From the IMG/VR virus record IMGVR_UViG_3300025653_003050, positions 1 through 46,735 of that record: a stretch of DNA of 46,735 nt; one strand, 5' to 3'. The notes beneath the pieces were generated by a model, which did not search any database, was not told the DNA's origin, and saw only the letters and a program-made list of their open reading frames with translations. The DNA comes from a virus (taxonomy: Duplodnaviria; Caudoviricetes). Below, piece after piece: positions 30,684 to 37,165 of this stretch; the stretch's first letter is position 1, and every line of letters starts with the position of its first letter. The position numbers and the translations under genes were made by a program.

Positions 30684-31196
30684 TTATCGGTCATACTTCT
30701 CGATCACTAGTCCACATGCTTTCTTTCTATAGTTTAGATACTTAGTGTAAGACACTATATCCATCTTAGTTCTTTTTGAGATCCATTCCCAGTTTTCTTT
30801 AATCCATGAAATGTTATTGTGCCCTTCATAAATCTTTCCAGTTTTTGTATCGGTAATTTTGAATGCTTTTGCGTTCCATGCCATGTTATCAATTCTACTG
30901 CACCACCGTAGATTTTTTACATGGTTATTCTCTTTGTTTCTGTCTATATGGTCAACATCCGTTAGATTTTCTGGATTTTCTATGAAGGTTTCGGCAACCA
31001 AGCGATGGACATAATACTTTATCTGTTTCGCAAACTTTCCGTTGTCATCATAGATTGATATATTGACTGCTTGATATCTGGTGCCGTTTTCTGTAATGAC
31101 TCCTCTGGCATGACTTTTTAATTCTTTGCCATCCCTGAAAACTACTCCAGTATCTGATACCGAGTATCTTGCGAACTTTGTGGGCAAAATTTTCAT
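30684..31196 (-). CDS. Free-standing HNH homing endonuclease (NUMOD4-like N-terminus)
   Basis: YSVSDTGVV, YVHRLVAETFIENPENLTDVDHIDRNKENNHVKNLRW. Confidence 0.9.
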   Translation of the reverse strand: MKILPTKFARYSVSDTGVVFRDGKELKSHARGVITENGTRYQAVNISIYDDNGKFAKQIKYYVHRLVAETFIENPENLTDVDHIDRNKENNHVKNLRWCSRIDNMAWNAKAFKITDTKTGKIYEGHNNISWIKENWEWISKRTKMDIVSYTKYLNYRKKACGLVIEKYDR

Positions 31197-31220
31197 GGCG
31201 GAATTTTTTATTTTTCGAAT

Positions 31221-31239
31221 ATTATAGCATGATATTTAG
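31221..31239 (-). promoter_or_regulatory. Tandem late promoter (CTAAATA) and extended -10 (TGCTATAAT)
   Basis: Both motifs lie within 45 nt upstream of the HNH ATG. Confidence 0.5.
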
Positions 31240-31311
31240 AGGTCGCTGGGAAACGTTTGTAGGTTAGGAAGGACCCAAACTTTTCGCTCGGCCCGCCTAG
31301 GTATAACATAG

Positions 31312-31332
31312 GGGGGCAAAATAACTGCCCCC
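31312..31332 (-). terminator. GC hairpin, probable terminator at the early/late boundary
   Basis: GGGGGCA-7nt-TGCCCCC just after the last small gene; U-tract is weak. Confidence 0.5.
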
Positions 31333-31343
31333 ACTGTCACTAA

Positions 31344-31514
31344 CTAAACCGCTGCTAGTTTCTTACTTAGCAGCACTGCTGTGTGTTGCTTTGGTTTGTA
31401 AGGCAATGTGATGATCTTGCCTGAAGGATGCTGCCATAGTTGATGCTTTGCTCCGTTGCGTTGTTTGATCCACCCGTTGATCTTAGCGATCTTCTGTAGT
31501 TGCTTGTCTGTCAT
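31344..31514 (-). CDS. HicA/YcfA-like toxin-fold protein (56 aa; not in ORF track)
   Basis: MTDKQLQKIAKINGWIKQRNGAKHQLWQHPSGKIITLPYKPK fits the HicA pattern GW..R..G.H...HP.G..T.P. Confidence 0.65.
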   Translation of the reverse strand: MTDKQLQKIAKINGWIKQRNGAKHQLWQHPSGKIITLPYKPKQHTAVLLSKKLAAV

Positions 31515-31551
31515 GAGTTAGTGTAGAGAAATGCCTAGGTGCTAGGATGGA

Positions 31552-31725
31552 TCACCATGTAGGCAGGCGGTCGATCGCTTCCTGTTGGAAGGTCTCACCG
31601 TAGACGCCTGCGATCATGGCGGCGCTGTGTGCCTGACCCTGCAGGGTGTTGCTGTTGACCCACCCTGTCTGACGGGTGGCAAGGTCAGAGGCGAGGCGGA
31701 AGCAGGTGGGGAGGCGCTTGGTCAT
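31552..31725 (-). CDS. Hypothetical protein (57 aa; not in track)
   Basis: MTKRLPTCFRLASDLATRQTGW...; TGGTAGACT extended -10 at 31749-31757. Confidence 0.65.
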   Translation of the reverse strand: MTKRLPTCFRLASDLATRQTGWVNSNTLQGQAHSAAMIAGVYGETFQQEAIDRLPTW

Positions 31726-31773
31726 GCTGTGCTGTGTTGTGTGTGGTTAGTCTACCATGGAGGGGGCGACCCC

Positions 31774-32043
31774 TCAGAGGTCTGCCATCATCTCGTTCAT
31801 CTCGTCTGCATCGATGGCGCAAGAATCCCAGCGCACCCCATCGCGGGTCTGCACGAGGTGGCGACCGATCTGCCCGTCAGTCATGCAGCGCACGAACTTC
31901 TCCCAGGGGGTCTCGTCATCAGAGCAGAACTCGACACACGCCTTAGCGGTGTTGTAGAGAAATTCATCGTTGCCGATCCAGAGGGCAGCGTTCCAAGTCT
32001 CGTAGGTTGCCCAACCGTTGTAAGTGGAGAGGGTGCTGGTCAT
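31774..32043 (-). CDS. Phage hypothetical protein (YNGWATYETWN type)
   Basis: 89 aa; has its own box promoter. Confidence 0.75.
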   Translation of the reverse strand: MTSTLSTYNGWATYETWNAALWIGNDEFLYNTAKACVEFCSDDETPWEKFVRCMTDGQIGRHLVQTRDGVRWDSCAIDADEMNEMMADL

Positions 32044-32072
32044 GTCGTTGTGTGTGTTTGTTTGTTGTGTGT

Positions 32073-32132
32073 ATCCTAGTCGGTCTGCCGCTCAGTCGCG
32101 GTCGCTGATGTGCCAGGTTGTGGATTGGCACT
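32073..32132 (-). promoter_or_regulatory. Palindrome-box promoter 1
   Basis: -10 TAGGAT 32073-78; box TGTGCCAGGT-TGTG-GATTGGCACT 32109-32; gap 30. Confidence 0.7.
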
Positions 32133-32262
32133 CAGGGGCAGGGAAGGGGAAAGGGCGACCCTCAGCGAACGCCTTGCGATTGGCGGCAGATCGTGCCATC
32201 ATGGCGTTGTGCTGTTGAGTGTAGGATGCCATGATGGCGGCGAGGTCAGGTGTTTTGTTCAT
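32092..32262 (-). CDS. Hypothetical protein (56 aa), probably leaderless
   Basis: ATG 32262 (MNKTPDL...) lies at the predicted +1. Confidence 0.65.
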   Translation of the reverse strand: MNKTPDLAAIMASYTQQHNAMMARSAANRKAFAEGRPFPFPAPECQSTTWHISDRD

Positions 32263-32268
32263 GAGACT

Positions 32269-32328
32269 AGTATGGCAGCAGATGGGGTGCTTTGGGGGAA
32301 ATGGTGGACAGTGCCTCAGGCGGTCCAC
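32269..32328 (-). promoter_or_regulatory. Palindrome-box promoter 2
   Basis: -10 CATACT 32269-74; box GTGGACAGTG-CCTCA-GGCGGTCCAC 32304-28; gap 29. Confidence 0.65.
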
Positions 32329-32474
32329 AGGGCACGACGGCGGCGCTTCTCAACTTGCTTAGGGGTCAGGCAGCAACCCCGCCCAAAGAACTCGGACTGA
32401 CACCAGTTCCGAGGGGGTGTATAGTTCTCACCGAAGGCAGCGAGGTTGGCACGTATCCGTTGGTCGTTGTTCAT
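32316..32474 (-). CDS. Hypothetical protein (52 aa; not in track), probably leaderless
   Basis: MNNDQRIRANLAAFGENY...RRRRALWTA; ATG at the predicted +1. Confidence 0.6.
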   Translation of the reverse strand: MNNDQRIRANLAAFGENYTPPRNWCQSEFFGRGCCLTPKQVEKRRRRALWTA

Positions 32475-32480
32475 GAAACC

Positions 32481-32540
32481 ATTATAGGCACAGGGTGGGA
32501 CGATTCCAGGGGCATAGTGGACGGTTCAGCGATTGACCCC
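32481..32540 (-). promoter_or_regulatory. Palindrome-box promoter 3
   Basis: -10 TATAAT 32481-86; box GTGGACGGTT-CAGC-GATTGACCCC 32517-40; gap 30. Confidence 0.65.
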
Positions 32541-32747
32541 AAAGATCAGATCAGCGATGGCGTTGGTGTTGGCATCGGTGCGACACCAGCGGATGGGGTC
32601 ACCGTTAGGGGGGCACATCCAGATCATGCATTCCTCTCCCCACAGTTGACCGATCCTGAAAGCGTGGTTCATATCGGTCGCCCAGTCGCACCCGTTAGGA
32701 TCGAACTTACCCCAGGCGCTGGGTTGAACTGCGATGGCGTTGGTCAA
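32526..32747 (-). CDS. Hypothetical protein
   Basis: 73 aa, TTG start just downstream of a box promoter. Confidence 0.65.
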   Translation of the reverse strand: MTNAIAVQPSAWGKFDPNGCDWATDMNHAFRIGQLWGEECMIWMCPPNGDPIRWCRTDANTNAIADLIFGVNR

Positions 32748-32771
32748 TTGCGTTTCTTTCGAACTGAAGTC

Positions 32772-32831
32772 ATTATAAGGGCAGCGAGGGCACGTTTGGC
32801 GAGTTGAGTGGACACCTGCTCAACTGGATGC
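32772..32831 (-). promoter_or_regulatory. Palindrome-box promoter 4
   Basis: -10 TATAAT 32772-77; box GTGGACACCT-GCTC-AACTGGATGC 32808-31; gap 30. Confidence 0.7.
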
Positions 32832-32909
32832 CATTCTGCCTTGGGCAGGTACGGGAGCGAGTAATGTGCCATCTGCCGTGGTAGTGTGGTTGTACTAGTT
32901 TGAGCCGCG

Positions 32910-32937
32910 ATTCTCAATAAGAAAGTCTATTGAGAAT
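32910..32937. repeat. Intergenic inverted repeat ATTCTCAATA-N8-TATTGAGAAT
   Basis: Perfect 10-bp arms; related copy at 35443-35470. Confidence 0.85.
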
Positions 32938-32959
32938 GACAGATTAGAGGTGCTAAGTG

Positions 32960-33163
32960 TTACATCGCCTCAGGGATTAGGTTGATCAAAGTCTCCTCAT
33001 CATACAGATCTTTGATCTCTTCAATCATCTCATCCTCACTGCAATCCCTGTATGCATCGAGTAGCAAATCGTATGCCATTTGTGCCAGACTGTCTACATC
33101 CATGCCCTCGATAATGTGGGCAGCATAGTTCTCTTTGAGAGCGAAGAGTTCAGCGTCGTTCAT
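32960..33163 (-). CDS. Acidic hypothetical protein
   Basis: ATG 33163 (MNDAELFALKENY...). Confidence 0.7.
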   Translation of the reverse strand: MNDAELFALKENYAAHIIEGMDVDSLAQMAYDLLLDAYRDCSEDEMIEEIKDLYDEETLINLIPEAM

Positions 33164-33200
33164 GTTAGTTAGTGTGATGATTGTGTGGACTAAGTTATGC

Positions 33201-33563
33201 TCAGGCGAGCAGCAGAGAGTAGGGCAGATCACCCAACTTCATACCATTGCGAAACTCAGTCACAAAGAATTCAGTGCCATTGTAGAGACGAATGAACCAC
33301 TGATAATTCTTCTGGAATACACCTTCGCCAGCGATGCCATGCTCACCGAGAATAGCATTGATGCGAGATTTGGTGGTGTTCGATTGCCAACCACCGTCAA
33401 ACAGACGCACATAGTTCTCACCTACGTCTGCAATGTGGTTGCCGTGCAGGTACACTTTAGACTCACCAGTTTCGGGGTCAAACTCTACACGAGTGTTGTC
33501 TTTAGACCAGTTGATGTTGCTGCTGATAGCGGCATTCATCTCACGTTCGATCTTGCGGGTCAT
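33201..33563 (-). CDS. Phage hypothetical protein
   Basis: 120 aa, VYLHGNHIA..GGWQSNTTKSRINAIL. Confidence 0.75.
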   Translation of the reverse strand: MTRKIEREMNAAISSNINWSKDNTRVEFDPETGESKVYLHGNHIADVGENYVRLFDGGWQSNTTKSRINAILGEHGIAGEGVFQKNYQWFIRLYNGTEFFVTEFRNGMKLGDLPYSLLLA

Positions 33564-33589
33564 GTGAAGCGGTTTGTGAACTTGAAACT

Positions 33590-33648
33590 ACAATACAGGA
33601 GATGGGGCACAGATCAACCGATGCTGTGCCACTTAGGCGACTGTCACC
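33590..33648 (-). promoter_or_regulatory. Palindrome-box promoter 5
   Basis: -10 TATTGT 33590-95; box TGTGCCACTT-AGGC-GACTGTCACC 33625-48; gap 29. Confidence 0.75.
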
Positions 33649-33817
33649 CCAGGAAGGTGCTGGGGTCGCCGTAGTCGGCAATATGGTGACCGTTGAGACG
33701 GATCTCAGCATACCCGAACTCCTCAGCGAGGGACAGGCACAGATCGTAGGCACGACCCTCATCACAGACGGACTCTGACTCGTAAGGGGCAGAGGGAACT
33801 AGGACTTCGTAACGCAT
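33644..33817 (-). CDS. Hypothetical protein (57 aa; not in track)
   Basis: MRYEVLVPSAPYESES...GDPSTFLG. Confidence 0.65.
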   Translation of the reverse strand: MRYEVLVPSAPYESESVCDEGRAYDLCLSLAEEFGYAEIRLNGHHIADYGDPSTFLG

Positions 33818-33838
33818 GTGTTTGTTTGAACTTCAGTC

Positions 33839-33898
33839 ATTATAGGCACGGGGTCGGACGCTTTGGGGTCAATGGTGGACACTGCCCCGACTGGCACA
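33839..33898 (-). promoter_or_regulatory. Palindrome-box promoter 6
   Basis: -10 TATAAT 33839-44; box GTGGACACTG-CCCC-GACTGGCACA 33875-98; gap 30. Confidence 0.75.
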
Positions 33899-34072
33899 TC
33901 AGTAGTGATCATAAATCGCTGCATGTTTGCTGGGGTTGATGTTACCCAACTCCAACATGAAATCTAGATAATCTCTCCAAAGTTCAGAGATTTCTTGATA
34001 GTCTGTTTTGAAACAATATCCTTCGATATCCATGAGATGACGGAATCGCAGGGTGAGATCTTTCCTAGACAT
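33899..34072 (-). CDS. Hypothetical protein (57 aa; not in track)
   Basis: MSRKDLTLRFRHLMDIEGY...AIYDHY fills the gap exactly. Confidence 0.6.
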   Translation of the reverse strand: MSRKDLTLRFRHLMDIEGYCFKTDYQEISELWRDYLDFMLELGNINPSKHAAIYDHY

Positions 34073-34084
34073 GATGAGTTGTTG

Positions 34085-34240
34085 TTAGTTAGAGGGGAAA
34101 TTACGGCAGACAGCATCACACAAAACCTTCACAAGTTCTTCGTCATAATTAACATCAAAGTATTCAAAGTAATTATTGATGATACAATCAATGTCCTCCA
34201 TGAGTTGTTCACGAGCAGTCAGCATTTCAAGGTTAGACAT
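34085..34240 (-). CDS. Hypothetical protein
   Basis: ATG 34240; REQLMEDIDCII..LCDAVCRNFP. Confidence 0.7.
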   Translation of the reverse strand: MSNLEMLTAREQLMEDIDCIINNYFEYFDVNYDEELVKVLCDAVCRNFPSN

Positions 34241-34273
34241 AATCAAACAGAAGCAATTCCTGAACACTTAACT

Positions 34274-34332
34274 ACAATACAGCATCAGGGGGCATCTACA
34301 AGCCCCTGTGTGCCACTTCTCAGACTGTCACA
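34274..34332 (-). promoter_or_regulatory. Palindrome-box promoter 7
   Basis: -10 TATTGT 34274-79; box TGTGCCACTT-CTCA-GACTGTCACA 34309-32; gap 29. Confidence 0.75.
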
Positions 34333-34586
34333 AGAGCAGGCGACTTCTTTACACTGAAGGACATAAAGTTGCCACACCCGATAGACATACCCTCAGTGCC
34401 AAACTCTTCAACAATCTCCCACGATTCATGGTCTTGTTTGATGATAACAGCACCAGTACAGTTAGCATCTGCAACGTGTGCCTGATAGAAACCATAGGCA
34501 AAGTTGATGTTGCTGCTAACACTTTTCTCGTTAAAGAAACCGTGCTCGCTATCACCGAAACCGATGACCTTGTAAAGAACAGACAT
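34320..34586 (-). CDS. Hypothetical protein
   Basis: 88-aa ORF between two box promoters. Confidence 0.7.
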   Translation of the reverse strand: MSVLYKVIGFGDSEHGFFNEKSVSSNINFAYGFYQAHVADANCTGAVIIKQDHESWEIVEEFGTEGMSIGCGNFMSFSVKKSPALVTV

Positions 34587-34609
34587 GAAAAAATCCCGTC
34601 AACATGTAT

Positions 34610-34667
34610 ACAATACACGTTAACGGGACGAATGGGAGATTAAGTGGACAGTTCAATAAGTGTCATA
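34610..34667 (-). promoter_or_regulatory. Palindrome-box promoter 8
   Basis: -10 TATTGT 34610-15; box GTGGACAGTT-CAAT-AAGTGTCATA 34644-67; gap 28. Confidence 0.75.
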
Positions 34668-34814
34668 GTATTCGTCCGTTTCCCTCTTGAATTTGGTAAC
34701 TTTTTTTTTAGTCTGCCTTCGAATATTCTTCACTTCGTAACCAAAGTCTTCGAAATCATTATCGAGTTCGCTATACTTATCGTAGCGATCATTTCGATTG
34801 TAATTCTTGCTCAT
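34653..34814 (-). CDS. Highly charged hypothetical protein (53 aa; not in track)
   Basis: MSKNYNRNDRYDKYSELDNDFEDFGYEVKNIRRQTKKKVTKFKRE... Confidence 0.6.
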   Translation of the reverse strand: MSKNYNRNDRYDKYSELDNDFEDFGYEVKNIRRQTKKKVTKFKRETDEYYDTY

Positions 34815-34847
34815 TGTTTTGATTGATTAGTTACTCAAACTGTGTGA

Positions 34848-35096
34848 CTATTTAGATTCAACTAGGACTTTATCTTTGATCTGTTGGTTGATAAAACGAC
34901 CAACAGATACTTCTGATTGTTGTAATTCAACACCAATCAGTTGTTCACTCAAATTCTGTTCGAATTCTTCTACATTTTCACAGTTGAATTCATATACCTT
35001 ATCAATATTACTTTGATACACTACTTTTACTACATTATCTTCAATAATAACACTATTAATAGCACTACTATTGAGATTTTCGTAGGTTTTCGTCAT
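34848..35096 (-). CDS. KTSC-domain-like protein (putative single-stranded nucleic-acid binding)
   Basis: ATG 35096; LNSSAINSV..VVKVVYQSN..VYEF resembles the KTSC pattern SS.I.SV....L.V.F.....Y.Y. Confidence 0.55.
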   Translation of the reverse strand: MTKTYENLNSSAINSVIIEDNVVKVVYQSNIDKVYEFNCENVEEFEQNLSEQLIGVELQQSEVSVGRFINQQIKDKVLVESK

Positions 35097-35126
35097 GATT
35101 TGTGTTTTGTTAAAGTTTAAAGGATA

Positions 35127-35252
35127 AGAAATCTCAAAAATCTCAATTTTTAAGTTTCTGAGATTTCTCATTTTTTCAAAAAACTCAAAAAGTCGTTTTT
35201 TTGTCTTTTTGAGAATTTGAGTTTTCCACAGGTTGTGGAAATTGTGGAAAAC
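35127..35252. repeat. Three consecutive inverted repeats in an AT-rich tract, the third built from DnaA-box-like 9-mers
   Basis: AGAAATCTCA/TGAGATTTCT (35127-36/35159-68), CTCAAAAAG/CTTTTTGAG (35184-92/35205-13), GTTTTCCACA/TGTGGAAAAC (35221-30/35243-52). Confidence 0.85.
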
Positions 35253-35296
35253 CTCGGAATGTCTTGGAAGCACTGTCCCTCAACCCCGATGAGACT

Positions 35297-35354
35297 ATTA
35301 TAGGGCACTGGGAGGTCCTTCGAGGGTTTTTGAGACACTTGGAGAACTGGCACA
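35297..35354 (-). promoter_or_regulatory. Palindrome-box promoter 9
   Basis: -10 TATAAT 35297-302; box TGAGACACTT-GGAG-AACTGGCACA 35331-54; gap 28. Confidence 0.8.
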
Positions 35355-35435
35355 TGTGGACTTGACTTTCGATAGATAACACGCTAAGCCAACATCTCCA
35401 CCGCACATTACCTATGTTTTTATAACCATTTCTTA

Positions 35436-35951
35436 TTATTGATTCTCAATAGTCTCCACCTTATTGAGAACCCTTGCAGCATCTAGCACGGAAGCACCTT
35501 GAAAACCTAATTGATTCTCATTAGCAGAGAGGTATTCTATTGCTCTACTGAATCGTGAAATGTCATCCTGAAAGACACCCAATCCTCTATTGCAGTTATG
35601 GCAAATGTGTCCTCTGAATGTATTAGTATTGTGGTCATGATCTACTACCCATGTTGATGCATTACCACCAGTTCCTTTCAATTGTTCTTCTGTCTTCAGA
35701 CATATAGGACATGAGTAACCTTGTGGTGGATTACCATATTTTTGCTTGAGTAGTTTTCTTTCCTTTGATAGTTTGTATCCACACTTTCTACATTCAGGTC
35801 GTAAATATTTTCCTCCTGATGATGGTGAGAATAACGATTCATCTAACAGTTGATTACATTTAGAGCATTGTTTCATTTTAGGTCGATAAAGATTAGGCCA
35901 TGTATCTCTGATGATTTCTGCTAGTTTATATGGTGTATTATAGTTGATCAT
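35436..35951 (-). CDS. Endonuclease VII-domain (His-Me) endonuclease
   Basis: CSKC..CRKC zinc ribbon, CPIC, VVDHDHNTNTFRGHICHNCNRGLG; alternative start at 35876. Confidence 0.85.
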   Translation of the reverse strand: MINYNTPYKLAEIIRDTWPNLYRPKMKQCSKCNQLLDESLFSPSSGGKYLRPECRKCGYKLSKERKLLKQKYGNPPQGYSCPICLKTEEQLKGTGGNASTWVVDHDHNTNTFRGHICHNCNRGLGVFQDDISRFSRAIEYLSANENQLGFQGASVLDAARVLNKVETIENQ

Positions 35952-36096
35952 TCTTCTTGACTACAGCAATTACTTTCTTATCTGGATGTAGGTGTTGTAT
36001 CACATCCTTAGCATCTTCATAGTCAATAGCATCTACTACATCATAATAGAATACACATTTTTGTTGATCATCCCATGCTTGTACTGAGTATGTCAT
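35938..36096 (-). CDS. Hypothetical protein
   Basis: ATG 36096 with ATGA coupling. Confidence 0.65.
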   Translation of the reverse strand: MTYSVQAWDDQQKCVFYYDVVDAIDYEDAKDVIQHLHPDKKVIAVVKKNDQL

Positions 36097-36275
36097 TGTT
36101 CTATACAAACTGATGTTGTCATTGATGTAAGTTGACAAGCAAATATTTGTTTATTTGCTAGGTTATCTAGTTTGTGACCGATGTAGAGTAGATTGAAGAA
36201 CATGATCATTATGTTACCCATGAGTAGGATAGGACCTGCTCTTTCTTTTACTCGTTGTAGATATGCTTTAATCAT
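36093..36275 (-). CDS. Hypothetical membrane protein
   Basis: 60 aa, one hydrophobic segment, coupled at both ends. Confidence 0.6.
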   Translation of the reverse strand: MIKAYLQRVKERAGPILLMGNIMIMFFNLLYIGHKLDNLANKQIFACQLTSMTTSVCIEQ

Positions 36276-36493
36276 TCAAATACTGGTCTAATAGGTGGTG
36301 GATTGAATTCATCTCTTACGTCCTTCATCACATGAGTAGGGACGCCATAGAAACCCATATGCATCCATACACAATCAATATATTCTAGATCTTCTGGATT
36401 AGCATTGATTGTGAATGAATTACAGTAGTGCATGATATCATGTGGTACTGGTGTTGGTTGATGTGTATATGGGTGTGGTACAGTGATAGTCAT
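36272..36493 (-). CDS. Hypothetical protein
   Basis: 73 aa, ATGA coupling. Confidence 0.65.
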   Translation of the reverse strand: MTITVPHPYTHQPTPVPHDIMHYCNSFTINANPEDLEYIDCVWMHMGFYGVPTHVMKDVRDEFNPPPIRPVFE

Positions 36494-36585
36494 TTGTATC
36501 GTCTAATAGCATCTTTGACTGGTGCGATGGCATTCATTGCCCATACTAGTAGGATAATGAATCCAAAGACAAATAGGTGTTCCAT
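36490..36585 (-). CDS. Small membrane peptide (31 aa; not in track)
   Basis: MEHLFVFGFIILLVWAMNAIAPVKDAIRRYK; start/stop overlaps on both sides. Confidence 0.55.
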   Translation of the reverse strand: MEHLFVFGFIILLVWAMNAIAPVKDAIRRYK

Positions 36586-36770
36586 TATGCTTTTTTGATA
36601 GTGATAGTGTTGTCATCATTGATAATCCATTCTAACATATCACCATCTTGCCAGTCAAGATGATCTAACACTTCATCAGGTAAAGGCAGGAAACATTCTT
36701 CATCATCACCTTCCAGTGTAACAGTATAACTTGTATTGAGGATTGTATCGTTGGATGTATTTTCGGGCAT
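36585..36770 (-). CDS. AbrB/MazE-like swapped-hairpin DNA-binding protein
   Basis: LPLPDEVLDHLDWQDGDMLEWIINDDNTITIKKA. Confidence 0.65.
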   Translation of the reverse strand: MPENTSNDTILNTSYTVTLEGDDEECFLPLPDEVLDHLDWQDGDMLEWIINDDNTITIKKA

Positions 36771-36873
36771 GATCTTCACAGGTGAACCAGCATTTCTTAT
36801 TTTCACTTTGATCCTCAAGGAAATAAGGGAAAGTGCTTAGGTGGGGGAATAATTCTATCTTGCGAGAGTTCAT
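36706..36873 (-). CDS. Hypothetical protein
   Basis: ATG 36873; FPYFLED..KKCWFTCEDHARKYIQRY. Confidence 0.5.
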   Translation of the reverse strand: MNSRKIELFPHLSTFPYFLEDQSENKKCWFTCEDHARKYIQRYNPQYKLYCYTGR

Positions 36874-37165
36874 TATCTTGATCTCTTGCTTGGATGAACT
36901 TTTCCGCGTTGAGGATGTCTTCGAGGACTTCTTCTGCGGACTGGTCGATGAAGAACTCTTCTTCGATGTGGTCGTTGATTTGGTTGACTGCTTCGTTGAC
37001 TTGGTTGATGTCAATTTCTCCAGATTCTTGGAGAGCGTTGAGGTAGTTTTGGATGAGTGTGATGAAGTCTTCTTCTTTGAAGTCGTTGAAGATGCTTTCG
37101 TGCGGGTCGTTTTCGTCCCAGGAGATGGTGAACGTTTTGTCGTCATTTTCAGTTACCTCAATCAT
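36815..37165 (-). CDS. Acidic hypothetical protein
   Basis: 116 aa, FTISWDENDP; ATGA coupling. Confidence 0.65.
   Translation of the reverse strand: MIEVTENDDKTFTISWDENDPHESIFNDFKEEDFITLIQNYLNALQESGEIDINQVNEAVNQINDHIEEEFFIDQSAEEVLEDILNAEKFIQARDQDNELSQDRIIPPPKHFPLFP

Noticed and set aside
31318-31341. Possible 15th palindrome box (CACTGTCACT half)
   Set aside because: The other arm is degenerate and there is no -10 hexamer at the expected distance
32946-32957. TTAGCACCTC resembling a CIRCE half-site
   Set aside because: No partner arm at the N9 spacing
31585-34826. Long plus-strand ORFs in the GC-rich region
   Set aside because: They run across minus-strand promoters and genes; open frames are expected at high GC
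35097-35406. Track ORFs over the structured element (141-aa extension, 61 aa, 73 aa)
   Set aside because: Low-complexity K/F/N translations; two of them cross the promoter; ATG 35096 gives a coherent domain. Not formally excluded
36874-37146. S/T/K-rich N-terminal extension of the 146-aa ORF
   Set aside because: Alternate-frame read of the acidic gene 36815-37165
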